A stretch of 53,892 nucleotides of DNA, the filler included, from Sluysia triapertura (Eukaryota), in NCBI GenBank assembly GCA_046118255.1. It is 4 parts of 4 records of this genome, joined end to end, with 100 filler letters (N's around TTAATTAATTAA, not from the genome) between each part and the next. Parts side by side here need not be neighbours in the genome. Positions count along the whole stretch, not along the records: positions 27,229 to 40,830 come from JBJNIA010029720.1; positions 40,931 to 53,892 come from JBJNIA010068843.1; 2 more parts are not named here. One strand, given 5' to 3'. The notes under the pieces were generated by a model. It was not told the DNA's origin. It saw only the letters and a list, made by a program, of their open reading frames with translations, and did no database searches. This document shows positions 39,016 to 52,900 of this stretch, one piece after another; position 1 is the stretch's first letter, and each line of letters starts with the position of its first letter. The position numbers were made by a program, and so were the translations under genes.

Positions 39016-40830
39016 TTTTATGAAGTCTAACAATACGTTGGTGAACTCATATTTCTAGCAATAATAACAAGTTAAATAATAATAATATTTAATTTAAAGG
39101 CCTGTAGACCTTGTTAATTTTTAGGTACAAAATGTATTTTAGTGTTAACGTAAATATAATGCTCATTTTAATTTTTATTTTGAAAATCATGTTAATAAAA
39201 AATCTTTTTAAAGTCATTAAATTATTATTTCAATGACTACTAATTATTATAAAATTATTGAGATCATAATGGTTTTATAAAAGTTAACAAATATAATCCT
39301 CATTTTATTTTTAAGATCATGTTAATAAATTCAAAATTGTATAAGTAATCATTTTAAAGTGAAATTGTATAATGACAACATGAAATCAAAATTTACAAAC
39401 ATTAAACCTTACTATTATAGTTAATAAAATCATTTTGAAATATGATTCAATAAAAATAATATGAAATCAAATTTTAATAGCACAATATTCAACTTAAAAA
39501 TAAAATTGTTAAAGAATATTGTTAAAGAAAACTAAAGCATGTTAAATTAGGATTAAATAATGTATAATCGAAATTTAATAACATTATATTCGATCCAAAT
39601 TATCTTAAAAGTAAAGATTAAGGAGTATAGATAGAAATAATATGAAATTAAAATTAACAAACATTATGATCGACTAAAATCATTTTAAACTTAAATTATA
39701 GAGAAAAAATATTTCAAAAAAAATTAATAACACATTTAAACCAAAAACCAATAATTGTCACTCATTGTATAACATTTATTTATTCAAACTAAATAACCTA
39801 TAATATATGTTGCATATAGTGTGTAATTTAAATAATGATTTGTTACAATATTTAAATTACTATAGTGATATTACATTTATTCAAACTAAATAACATGTTA
39901 TAAATACATGTTATAAATGTAATTTATGCTGTAATAACAGTTTACATTGTACGATGATTTGTTTGGTAATAATAATTCAAATTATTATAGATATGATTTA
40001 TATATTGTAATTTAATTTATTGTAATTTTACAATAAATATCAACCACAATAATCCAAAAGCACACAAATCATTAATAAACGATTAACATAGAAGGTCTGA
40101 TTCATATAGATTTCTATCCAATTCAATAATTATGCAGAAGTTCATTTTATTTAATTGACGATTTTCAATCAACTGACTATTTCAATTTTGATCTTTATAA
40201 CAAGAAATTTGGTAAGATTATTTCATTTAAATATAAGAATAATGTAATATTTTTTTTAAATCGAACTATATTTTATTTACATTGTATCTTCGAAAACAGG
40301 ATAACCTAGGGAAGTGAAAATGAAATTAAAAGTTTTTAAAGCCGATAAAAAATAAGGTTAAATGAAATTTACAAAGTCGACATAAAATCATTTATTGCGA
40401 TTAAGTTTAGTTATTACCACGATAGAATAAAGTCGATACCAAATAGAATAAAGTTGTTGTAAAGTCTACATTACAAAACAAAATTTAGTGTATCTGTTGC
40501 GTCTTTGAAGCTTATGAATTATTAAGACTCACTATTGTTATCTTGATCGTTTTATGCCTTAATAATTTAAACAGATAGTAAATCAAATATAGTTTTATCG
40601 TAACCTTATTTTATAGCTATGTCAATAACTATTATACCAGCTTCGAAATTTCTTAACAATTAAATCAAAATAAAAACAATAATCTGCTATTAAATAAAAA
40701 TCAAAATAAAATTTGGTGTTATTATTAATATGATTTTTCTCAAAATGAAACTGAAATGACAAAAGTAAAACAACGATTATAATAATAATGAAAGTATTAC
40801 AATTTCTTTTAAATATACAACAACCAGGAG

Positions 40831-40930
40831 NNNNNNNNNNNNNNNNNNNNNNNNNNNNNNNNNNNNNNNNNNNNTTAATTAATTAANNNNNNNNNNNNNN
40901 NNNNNNNNNNNNNNNNNNNNNNNNNNNNNN
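40831..40930. other. Assembly join: N run with TTAATTAATTAA linker
   Basis: 100-bp spacer with central stop linker. Confidence 0.98.
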
Positions 40931-41400
40931 TGGAACCTTTAGATCATTTAAGACCTTATTAACCTTTGAGTATTCTTGAAACCTTGATAAGCATCTAAGA
41001 TCTTTGAGTAATATCATAAAGTGTATAAAATCTTTAAAATATTTGAGAAATAAAATCACTGTTCAAGATAATAAAGATAAGTTTAACATAGTAATAATTA
41101 ACATGAAGATGTAGAAAAAGGAATCAGAGAAGTGAAGGTGAGTAGTGTAAAAGGAAATGATGGTTGATAATAAATCAGATTTCTATGTTTTGTACCTAAT
41201 AAAGTTTGACGTACTGTACCATGTAGTTGTCAAAGTTGTTATTGTCGGTTTGATTCTCAAATAGGTTTGGATGATTTGTGATAGAAAATGTTTGGTTGTG
41301 AGATTGTGAATTGATTGGATGATGAGAGATTATAAAATGAAGATTTTAAAATTTTTACAACACAATCACAATAATAAATTAACACAGCAACAACGATGTC
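40931..41400 (-). repeat. Repeat/gene family A copy with internal deletion
   Basis: 40931-41140 is nearly identical to 51315-51500. 41145-41370 matches 52045-52262; the intervening segment is missing. Confidence 0.88.
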
Positions 41401-42142
41401 AACAAATGATGATAGAAGATCTTTTTTAAGTTTTGTTTATTTATTATTTCACTAAAATAATATAATTGATTTTATTGTAATTTGAATAATTTTAATATTT
41501 TGTCAATTTTAGTAAATTTTTAAGTTAAGCTGATATAAAATTCCTAAGCAATTTTTGTTAATAATTACATTTGATTTTTAGAATATTTTTAAGACGCTTT
41601 TAAAAGAAAATCTCTACGCCATACTTATTAAGGATAAGATTGGAATTTTTAGATATTTTTAAGGTAATTTTGAGAGGAATACTTCACGAAGAATTTTGTT
41701 AAAATATTATATTTGATTAGCACATAATCTATCAAAATATTAAGTGTTTTATCTCCAGATATTGTTGTTATTAGAAAGGTATTATCATTATCAAAGAATC
41801 TCGTTGTAATCGTATTTACTATGTTTTAGACTAACCAGAAACATTTAAGTAACATTATTAATTTTTTTATACATTATTAGTGTTTGTTGCGTCACTCCTG
41901 GTTGCTTCGTCTTACTTAGATTCGTCTTTAATTTAATTATAAGCATTATAATTATTTTTGTCATTTCAGAGATTCTCAGCATTTAGTAAAGATTTTCATT
42001 GACAATAAATTGTATTACGAATTTTTGTATAATAGAACATTATTGTCTTATTTTTGATTTTGATTGTCAAGAACTTAAATGTGGTATAATAGTTATTAAT
42101 ATTATAAAAGAAAATTACTGCAGATATATATTCCATATACTG

Positions 42143-42188
42143 AGGTTCCTTTAAGGTTCCTTTAAGGTTCCTTTAAGGTTCCTTTAAG
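42143..42188. repeat. 11-bp tandem repeat (aggttccttta)x4
   Basis: Four perfect units at the 3' break of the transposase. Confidence 0.95.
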
Positions 42189-42189
42189 C

Positions 42190-43002
42190 TAACCAAGTTG
42201 ATATTCAGTCGTAATAGCTAGTAATTTTAAAGGCGCAACAAAATTTGCGTCCATTCTGGTAAACCTTCCGAACGGGTAAACCCCAGAGGTTCTCCATGGG
42301 GTTTAAGTCAGGCTACAAGATGGCCAACTCAAAACTCGAATTTGATTATCTTCAAACTATTTAGTTGTCTCAGCGGAGCAGTGGATTGAATAATTGTCTT
42401 GTTGGTCTCCAATTTGACCCGCGAACGGGGATGATGAAGTCATTGAGTGTTTGAATATACTTCTGTGAGTTTTGTTTAACGTCTAAGAATACGATTTCTG
42501 TTTTCCCATCCCAACCAAAGGCTGCCCAGATCATCACCGAACTACTTCCGAATCCACGTTTTTTGAAGTACTCCGGACTCTTCCTCAGGTCATGCCAGTA
42601 AAACTGACCATCATGATTAGATTTTTTCTCGTCACTAATATAATTTCATGTCATTTTAAAATCCATGATATGTATGATTGTGTCAAGGTGACTCGTGCCG
42701 ACTTGTGCGCTGCTGTGAGTTTTAGTTTGGGCTTCCTCTTCACATATCTTAAGTGGTGGCAGTTGCCTACAACCATTTGGACAGTTCTAATTGAACAAAG
42801 AACGTGATGGACCAATTTAATCTGTTTTGGAGACATTTTTGTCAGTGATGCCAGGAAGAATGCTCCTTTTGTCTCTCGATGTCAACTTTGGTTTCAGCCC
42901 TCTTCTTAATTTCTTGCCATAATTCTCGGGATCTTGAAGAAATCGACTGATTGTTAATGCGATGTCCAATTTCAATAGGCAATAACTGTTTCCCTTTGGC
43001 AT
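42190..43002 (-). mobile_element. Tc1/mariner (Tc3-like) DD34E transposase pseudogene
   Basis: MPKG..., GLKPKLTSRDKR, IIFSDEKK, YWHDLRK, SVMIWAAF, QQDN...WPSCS-PDLNPMENLWG. 34 residues separate the second D and the E after correcting one frameshift. Several stops and frameshifts. Confidence 0.93.
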
Positions 43003-43055
43003 CTTAAAATAATTTTGTGTCAAATTTTTTTAATTAAATATATAACAAAAAATTA

Positions 43056-43293
43056 CAGTATATTCTCTCAAATTGACCAAGTTAACAATTAATTTTATAA
43101 AAAATTTGAAATTTTGTTTATTTAAATTCTCACCAAATTTCACTAAAAAACACTATACCTCGCGTTTTTACTTTAGGGGTATCTCAGAATTCTCATTATA
43201 AGCTTAAAAATTATATTAATTTTAAAATAATTCTTTTCAAATTGGCCAAAAAATAAAAAAAACTCAGGTTGGCCAATTTGAGAGAAATAGCTG
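43056..43293. mobile_element. Tc1/mariner-type MITE
   Basis: TA|CAGTATATTCTCTCAAATTGACCAA ... TTGGCCAATTTGAGAGAAATAGCTG|TA: ~25-bp TIRs, TA duplication, and an extra subterminal copy ttcttttcaaattggccaa at ~43231. Confidence 0.85.
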
Positions 43294-46200
43294 TATTTAA
43301 ATATAATATATTAAATAAAATTAATTACCTTTGATTGACTAAAATTGACTAATTAATTAATGCATTAAACTTTAGAATGGTGTTATAATTTTGTCACATG
43401 TAAAAATCACATTTTATTTTTTAATTCTAATATGGCGCAGTAATTATTTTAATAATATTTATTTTAATAATACTTGTTTTCATATGTTTTTAATAATAAC
43501 GTCAGAAATAAATATTTAGAATATTTTCCTTGAATTAAGCGAGTTGGATGATTTTTAGATAGAACTCCAGAAGAAGTTGAATGGATCATTAGTTGAATCT
43601 ATAAAGTGAAATGCTATAAACTAAATAAAAATTGCATTGCCGATTTTTATTGAAAACTAAATGTTCCTTAAGAGGGTATAAAACCCTGACACCATTTATT
43701 TGAAGGTTTATTAAGTTGTGGTCTGAACTTTATATTTATACTATAAATAAATTTTAAATAATTATTGTATAAAATAAAATTATTATAAACTTCTAATTTA
43801 ATTATTACAAGGTTGTTATATATCAATTTATTTAGTTCAAATAATATCGTAACTTCATTAGATCTAAGACATAAAATTGATTCAGTCAATTAAAAATTTT
43901 TTTATAAAATAAGAATTATGTAATAATAAATGTTGATTCATCATTGAACATGTTTCGATCAATATACTAGGAAGATACGTAAACACATAAACGAAATAAA
44001 AAGTGAGAATGATCATCATCAAAATGTAATAAATTCAAATAAAATTTCTTATTAAGTACATGGAATAAAACAATGATGTATGGACACATTTGAACTAATT
44101 AGATGTGGATGACTGGTATTTGAAGAAATAGCCGTTTGAAGAAGTTCACTGAACAAGCTTGTGATATATATTGACTCATGAATACTGTTTATAAAATTTG
44201 TTGTAATTACACATGTATAGATTGATCGGGTAGAATTAATGATAAGACTTCTTCTGATGCACTGTTAGTATCTGATATTAAAGAATATAACGAGTTTGAA
44301 TAAACATATATTAATTTTGATTTAATGGTGATAGTCAAAAATTCTTTTAGAAAAATTAAAGAGCTAATAATGATATTGTTTTTTTGCTGTATTAACTTTG
44401 AATTTAGTGTTATTACATCGTTCTTCATTTGCATCATGTCTACGATTATCTGTTCGAACTAATTTGTATTTACTTGAATACCCTTTAGCTAAGATATCAT
44501 TTATTGCATTAATTCTTAGAAAAATATTGTCTAAATCTTTTAATTCAATCAAAGCAGATAAACAATTCTTTAAATCATAAGGAATAACTTCATTTTTACT
44601 GCTAGATAATTCATTAATTAGCATATTATTCTTTTTTAAATAGATTAAGTATGTAACTTTGAACTAAATTTATCTTTTGAAAACTTTCAAGACTAACGTA
44701 TAGTTCGGTTAGATTAATAAATTTTGACATTAGTTTTTGTTAAAATATTTCATCTAAATTCGATTAATAGAAAAGGAGTCAGTTGAGAGTGTTTATTTTT
44801 GTACCATTTTTTAATTTACTGAACGAGTATAATGACTGCCAAAATTTTTGAAGTAAAAATACGAATAGTTTGTAATTAACATTGAATTGTATTGTATAAA
44901 TTGTGATTTTCTAAGTTGGGCCAATTATAAATTGTAACAAATATGTCACATCAATTTTTATGGTCAATGAAAAGAAACTAATTTCGCTGCCAACACAAAT
45001 CTCACATCGTCACTGAATGAAGCAAAACTGTCAGTTGATGACAGTTGTCATTAGATTTTTAAGTTCCCAGCGACAGTTTATAATTAAAACTGTCACATTT
45101 GAAAATTAACGTGATGAGAGCGATTAATAGCAGTGTGAACAACAATTAATAATGGCAATAATGAAAATGATAATAATAATTAATAATGATAATAATGTTT
45201 ATAATGATTAACAATAATAATACAAATGCAATAATGTAAATAATAACAATTACAATTACAATAATAATAAAATAAAATGCATTAAAGTCTTTACATAAAT
45301 TCTTTGTTTTCTTATTTCTTTACATATTTCTCTCAAATATTTCTTGTCCTTAAAAATTTCTTAAAATCTTCTTTGTTCTTGATGTTTTATATTTAGTTTT
45401 CCTTCTAATCTTTTATTCTTAATATGTTTGGTAATAGATTTAAATGTTTCATAATTTTCACTTTCTTTTAAAAATTATTGATTGAATAGAAATGTATATT
45501 GTTTAATTGCTACAAAGAAACGAATGTTACTATTTCTTCTGTAACTGTTCTTAGCATTATGAAATATACTTTTGGATATTTTGTGTTGTCCCGAACTTGA
45601 AGAAAGACGTGAAATATAATGCGTATTATTTCTATATATAAAACGATTAGATCTAATTGGTTCTATATTACTTGAAATTAAAGAAGTTTTGGAATCTGAG
45701 AAAATACGACATAGTAAATACGAAATATTCGAACTTGATTTGTAGTCACAAATATTTGAGCGAGTAAAAACATGGCTTGTGAATAAATAATATATGAACT
45801 GTTAACTTCACATTGATTGTTAGAGGAGAAGAAGAAAACAGATAAAAATAAAAAATAAAAATTCTGAAAAAATGTGGTATGAGAGTATAAACAAGGCTAG
45901 AAGTATTAAAAGAAATTCCATATCGTTTACTGTTATTTTTAATATTTTAAATGCAAATTTAATGATTTTTGATGTTATGCGTAGTTTTGATGTTGTAAAT
46001 TCATGACTTTGAAACTTTAGTATACTATAATGTATAAAAATTTTGAATGATAAAGTTGGCCACCACATTCAGAACCAAAGATAGTAAAAAATTTATTGGA
46101 GACGGTATATTTTCCTCTATTCTACCGAAAAGCAAAACAGCACAAATACTACTCTATTTAATTATAATGAATGAGTTGTGTAAACCTAAATTACTTATAA

Positions 46201-47449
46201 TTACACAAAATGTAACGTTTGAAGAGATTTATTCTATCATTACAATAAATAAGGATACTGGTGTAGAATTGAGAAACTTATTATCTTGATCATTGTAGTG
46301 AGCTCCACATTTTCACATCAAAATCACAAACATTTCATCACATATGAACATTTCTTACATAAACAAAACACTAAACAAATTACACGATTGATTTAAAACA
46401 TAAACATAGTCGTATATAATTATAATTAATTGTTTATTGTTATCATAACTTCTATCACAATAATAACTCTCACAATAATTTCATATCATTGTATCAACAT
46501 TATCACATTAAACTGCGTAATATTTCAAATAAAATTTCATTGTTATTATAATTTTATAATTGTTATTATAATTTTATTATTGTTAAAATTACCTTACCTT
46601 TTCACTTTCTTTTTTGCATGCGTGTATATATGTAAATATGTATTTATGTATGTATTTGTGTATGTATGTTTATTTTCATGTACGGTTTTATTATTTGAAA
46701 TTATTTTTATTTGACAAATTTCCTTGTAGTCATATTTCATTGAACAATGGTTCAGTTTGGATTTCGAATACTATAATTTCAATATGTCCAGAACCACAAT
46801 GTCTTTATATGAAATTATACAGTATTTCACTAATTTATGATATACTTTTGCAGTAAAAACCGAAAAAGAAATAGTATTCGCATCGCAGAAGTTTCTTCAC
46901 AGAATGTATTTTGATGAAGTTTATGAGGAATTTTCGAATGAAAAAGCATTGAATATATCCATCATAAACATAAATGAAGATTCAGTATCAAATTCGGTCG
47001 AATATTCTTATCAAATTTTGATACAAGCAGCTGACAAGATGAGTGAAATTTCTCCTCAAATTAAGGACAGCAAGAGACAACGATCAGATGCTTTCCAATA
47101 TACATCCTTCTAGTAGTTGTGGAAGTAAATTAAACAGTAAACAAGATACCGATGATAATGTTAGCTAAATTGGATTTAAATTGGACTTCAATGTTTATAA
47201 TCCCAGAATTAGTATTAGAAATTTTTATGGTAATAGCTCATCTAAAAATGGTTAATCAAAAATTCTCTTTCAGCACTTTATTTAAATTTAACACATCTAA
47301 AGATGATCCAACAAAATTATTGAATCACGGCGTTGTCAAAATAGTTGTGATACGTCTAGTGAAGATGACGATGTTGGAGATGCTTCTTCACAAATTAAGC
47401 AACTGCAATTTTCATACAATCAGTTTGGTCATGGTAATCAGGATAGACA

Positions 47450-50400
47450 TTCTAGTACTGTTACTCTTTACAGCACTATTAAACCCATGCTTAATTTTGT
47501 TATATACGATTACGAAACAGACACTTGTGAAAATATTGATGAATTTCCCCGGTTGCCCTACTATCTGCGCAATTATCTATGTTAGAGCTCACTTTTATTT
47601 CCTTATTATTGATATTAATGACGGTTATGCCTATGTTCTCGATCCTTTACGACAGCACAATGATCAAAATAAAAATTCTATAGGGAAAAGACTCTGTCAG
47701 CGAATTTCTACCCTAAAAACATAAGGGATATAATATTCCTCCCAAATGCCCCATTTCCATTTCAGTTACAGACCAATTCATATGACCGGGTTTCACAGTC
47801 TGTGGGTATTTGACGCTTTTCTTCGATCTGAGCCGCTTTTCTCTAAAGGAAAACCGAAACATGGTCCCATCCTACTTTTTAGATTTCAATCGGCACCTCA
47901 GCCATGCCCTAAGATTTTGAAACCAGTGCCAAAGAAAAAAAGATGTGCCGATGTTATAAAAACTGACAAATCCAAGGACTTGACAACCGTCTGCATTTCA
48001 CAATGGACGGATATCAAAGGGAAAATAACTTTTACCCAAGTTAAAAAATCAATGAAACTACCGACCCTCATTCCTCATGAGAGTGTCACACCTGCGCCGC
48101 GACAAGTAACTTCGGCCAAAATTGCAAAGTCTAGGAAAGACTTGCCACCTACCCGGTTTACACTGTGGACAATTCTATAACCCAATGCTGCGCACAACCA
48201 GCCTCCTAAAAGGTCAGACGTAATCGACCTAGCCCTCAATTACCACGCAGAGGTAATAGTAATCACCAGGTTCTACTCCAACAAAACCATTCAAATACAA
48301 TAATTCGCAGATAAAATTGGCACCTCATACTGAAGCAGTGGCGAAACTTCCCTTATACATTACTAAGGGTTTCTTCACCAACAACCATATTATTACAACA
48401 AATGATAATACATATTTTTATGTCAAACTCAATGATACAGAACCTTTGCCTATTCCTCCTATTTCTCTTCTTCTTAAAGATGATACTCCAATTGGGAATT
48501 TGTTGTACCTCAAATTCCTACTGTTTTACCTCATTCTATTTCCCTAAATGTAATTCTTGAAAGCTTTTGCGTTACAGAAGACACACAACCACAAGATTCT
48601 GATGTAAATTTATCTTGCACCACGATCGGTGAGGACCCTGCTGTTAAGCTTATCCTGAACGATTTTCCTGAAAGTTCCTACTTGCAAGAACAAGCTACTA
48701 CCACTGAGAACCAGTCAATTTCTGAATCAGCTGACCTCGATGACTGCACCACTTCTATAACTAACACAAATTTGACTCCCACATCTTTATCTCTCTAAGG
48801 GTTACATTAAATGTTCCCTCCTCGACAATTAAGAACAACTCTGATTGTAGTGAACTCCGTAGACACTTTATTTCGAAATACAAATTCACTACCCATATAA
48901 ATGAATTCAAGGTAAAGTGCAATCAAAACCTGTTAGGAATTCATCATGTTTTATATTGAGCACATTAATGTATTAAACAGTGACATCCACGGCGCAGGGA
49001 AAAGAATCACTGCCATGCACTGTGAACGGAGAATGACGCCCAAATCCTTTATTCTGTATCTTCTCCTAACATGGTTCAGTGTACCTCCTGCGGGATTACA
49101 CAAAAACTGAAACCTAATAATGCCCGTAGCCTCAAACAACATCAGCGTAAGAAATATAAACTTACTTGTTCCAAGCTTGTTATTAAATATTCGTGTTCTC
49201 TTGTCTTTGATAACCTAACTTCGCTTTCTCAACATCTGCTAATTCATACTACCTCCACTACCTCCCAACTACCAAAGATCTAGGTTCCACCCACCAATCC
49301 GATTGACTTTCTTTGATGCATAGATCTCTGACGCTAACTCAGTAGTAATTGACTCTATTGTTCCTAACTTTGCAATGTTCAATAACGAACAAGAACTTCT
49401 AAACAATTTTCCCCTTCCAAAATGCGCAACTTGGCAACAATTCTATTGGATCCTAAACATTGAGAATCAGTGGATTCTTCTTATCTTTAACAGAGGTAAC
49501 AATTTTTATAGAATCGTTGACCCTTTCGAAACCTCTCCTTGCCACTTATATCTCTTTGTGAATTTTTTTAGAAATGTCATGATCGCATACACTGCATTGC
49601 CAGTATATTCACCCAGACAAGGGTTCTCTCATAAACGTATACCCTACCTAACTCAAGTTGGTCCTCTGATTGTGGTCCTTTATTTGTAATATCGCCGTAC
49701 AATAAAAACGTACCCCTGATACCCTTATGTTCTGCTACCTGATATCGACGCCACAAAGAAAATAATATACAACATTGAACATCTCTCTATTCAATCCCAT
49801 TGTAATAGAATTCATTAGGATCATGACGAGGCGTTTTCCGAATTTTGTGACTTGATACATAAACTTTTCCTACCCAAATTCTCCAATATCCTAACCCAAT
49901 TTAAAAAGAGTTCACAACTGAAAAAGAAATCATGTAATACGGAATCTATCAGTCTTGATTTGGACAAAATATTTTAAAATATTTGGAATATTTGGACAAA
50001 ATAAGGCATTCCAATTGACTACAGGTACCGATTCCCCTCCTACTATTCCCTCAGCGCTTGAAATCTGTTAATACTATGGATCTGGGATCGTTCATCCTTT
50101 CGATCCATCTCAGATTGGAATGCTGCCTTACCCTAAAATCTTGTAAAAAATCCGCTCCAGGATCTACGTCTTTTCTTTAATAAAATTATTTCCTTTCAAA
50201 AAATACCACGGGCCTGGAAAACCTGACCATCCTACTTATAATTAAACCGAATAAATTTCACCTTGCGCAGGAAATCTCATCTTGGCAACCTATTGCGATA
50301 CTCGACTGCACATATCGTATCTTTGTTAAAATATTAAACGATCGCCTTCTTTCGTGGATAACTTAATCAGCTCTCAGCAGGCCGCGTTGTTACGTTCAGA

Positions 50401-51050
50401 TGGATGCACTGAGCATAATTTCTAACTAACACTTCCTTCGGGAAATTATTGCGTCTTTCCATCACCGTTAAAATAATAAAACTGAGCTGCACTTAATATT
50501 TCTTGACTTAGCCAATGTCTTTGGCTCTATCCCCCACCACCTGATCTGGAACACTCTAAACCAACATACCCTAAACCTTATCAAAGACCTATATGAGGGG
50601 TAGTACTACGAGTTACAAATGTAACAAACTTGTAACTGATCCCGCACCAATAAAATATAGTTAGCCAATCTCCATGACTCTTTTCTGTCTAGCCATTGAT
50701 TATCTCTTTCACAGATTTAATTCTGGTCAAGGTTCCATATCAATTCGTGGAACATCATTCCCCCTTTATCTTTCTTACGCATATGATATTGCAATAATTG
50801 CTACTTCACATAATTACCTCCAGCGAACACTTACATCCATAATAAAACATGCGAAATCTGCGAATCTCATCTTTCATCCCAACAAATGTTTCTACTTTCA
50901 CAATATTCCAGGTAATACAAACCTTTCCCTTCTCATCAATAATACACCAATTGTGACCATGAAAGATGGAGAAAACATGATCTACCTGGTTGTTCTCTTT
51001 GGTGAACTTAAAAAACACAATTTGATTGACCTTCTCAAAACTTAACTCTG
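47450..51050 (+). mobile_element. Decayed non-LTR retrotransposon, NeSL/R2 group (Ulp1-like proteases, C2H2 fingers, reverse transcriptase); 3'-truncated
   Basis: RT motifs in order: KSAPG, IPRAWK, SSWQPIAIL...YRIFVKILNDRLLSW, DGCTEHNF, FLDLANVFGSIPH, LFCLAIDYL, LSYAYDIAI (YADD changed to YAYD), FHPNKC. C2H2-like fingers at 49071-49250. Ulp1-like H/D/Q/C motifs near 47590-47790 and 49465-49680. Base composition shifts to C-rich. The 5' boundary is approximate. Confidence 0.9.
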
Positions 51051-51054
51051 GCTC

Positions 51055-52270
51055 GTAAAACTGTGGATCTGGAGACGAACGAAAACATACAAAATCATAA
51101 AATGAAAGAAAAACTGATACAAAGTGATGAATTGAACATGAAAAACATTTTTGAAATAAGAATTTTGAAAGTAAAAACATCTATGATAATTTTTACAGCT
51201 AAAGAATACATTGACATTCCAAAGACTATATAAGGTGTTCAGACCTTGTGGAAGCTTGAAAATGTCTTGGAAAACCTTTGGAAAACCTTTGGAATACCTT
51301 TGGGTTTGTTAATCTTGGAATCATCTAAGACCTTATTAACCTTTAAGTATTCTTGAAACATTGATAAGCACCTAAGATATTCGAGTAATATAATAAAGTG
51401 TGTAAAATCTTTAAAATATTTGAGAAATAAAATCATTGTTCAAAATAATAAAGATAAGTTTAACATAGTAATAATTAACATGAAGAAGTAGAGAGATGAA
51501 GCTGAAAACATCTAGAGCCTCCTGAATGCCTTATTAACTACTAAATAAATTTAGAACCTTAATAAAACCTTTAAACATAAAATAAAATTAGGTCTAAAAA
51601 TAAATTAATTGATTAAAATCTTAATTAACTTAATTGAGAAAAAGTACGTTTTTGTGAATAACTTCTGAATGAGGAATGCCATGTTAAATTTGTAACTGTG
51701 TATGTAGCTGTTTTGAAAAGACCTTTCAATGAAGGTATGGTTTGACCGATTTCTTGTAAGGAAAGCCTTAATATTGAGCAAAGTCAAATTTTGATTAATT
51801 TTTAATTATAGAATGTTAAATTTTTTATACGTAGAGTGATGTAAATGTGATGAATTGAATATAAGATGATTGCTATGAGAGAGGAGAATCTAGAAGTGAG
51901 TTTAAAATGTATGTAGTTTGTTTGAGAATAAGAACCTTAAACATTTTTCATTATTTTATGTATTCATTATTTTATGTATTTTAACAATATTGTTGATTGT
52001 TATTTTAATGTGAGAAGTAACTTAAGTGAAAATAGATTGAGTTGAGTAAAAGGAAATGATGATTTATAATAAATCAAATTTTTGTGTTTTGTGCCTAATG
52101 AAGTTTGACAGACGTACCATGTATTTGTCACATTTGTTATTGTCGGTCTAATTCTCAAAGAGGTTTTGATGATTTGTGTGAGAGTGTTTGATTGTGAAAC
52201 TCAGGATTGATTAGATGATGAGAAAATATAAAGACTCAAAATTTTTACAACACAATGACACAATCTAGCT
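51055..52270 (-). repeat. Repeat/gene family A, longest copy; truncates the non-LTR element
   Basis: Homologous to 17120-17570, 40931-41400, 52390-52900, 27229-27310 (inverted) and 53455-53892 (inverted). Contains an exon/intron-like junction at ~51647. Confidence 0.88.
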
Positions 52271-52389
52271 ATTATTGTGATTGTCCAGTTAGTGTTTAGA
52301 AAATATATTAAAACTAAGAGAATTTAAAATATATAAGAAAAGTGATATAAAATAGCTGAAATATGATAATAGAAACATAATTAAATATT

Positions 52390-52900
52390 CCTAGAGCAAT
52401 AACTTCGGAACCTTAGGATCATTCGATACCTTGATAGATCTTTTGGAACCTTTGAAGACTTTTGAGATCTTCGAGTAACTTTTAAATTCTTAGGAACATT
52501 GAAAATTCTCAAGAATTAAAATCATGGTTAATAATATTAAAGATGAAATTGATACATTAATAATTAAAATAAAAAAGTAGAAAAAGGCATCAAAGTGGTG
52601 AAGATGAAAACATCTAGAGCCTCCGGAAAATCTTATAAAATAGTTAACAAGTAGTTAACAAACTTAGAATAAAATAAGTTAAAATAATTAATTAATTAAA
52701 ATCTTAATTAGCTTAATTAAGAACACTTACGTTTGTGTGAAATACTTTTGAATGAGAAATACTATGTTTAAATTGTAATTGTGTATTTAAAGAGATTTTC
52801 CGTTAAAGATAAGGTTTGACCGAGTGCATGCGAGGAAAGCCTCCTTATTGAGCAAATAAATTTTCATAAATAGAATGATGAAGAGATGATGAATTGGATA
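52390..52900 (-). repeat. Repeat/gene family A, diverged tandem copy
   Basis: catctagagcctcc, ttaaaatcttaatta, ggtttgaccga and ggaaagcct..tattgagcaaa are all shared with 51500-51800. A gtaagt donor on the minus strand lies at ~52730. Confidence 0.82.

Noticed and set aside
42143-42188. CRISPR-like array
   Set aside because: Contiguous 11-bp units without spacers in a eukaryotic context; simple slippage.
43668-44624. gag/protease-like ORFs on the minus strand
   Set aside because: Coding-like but with no diagnostic motif (no DTG/DSG, CCHC or YxDD), so they cannot be assigned.
44915-45110. Harbinger-like MITE or TGACA motif cluster
   Set aside because: Terminal inverted repeat and TSD could not be matched convincingly.
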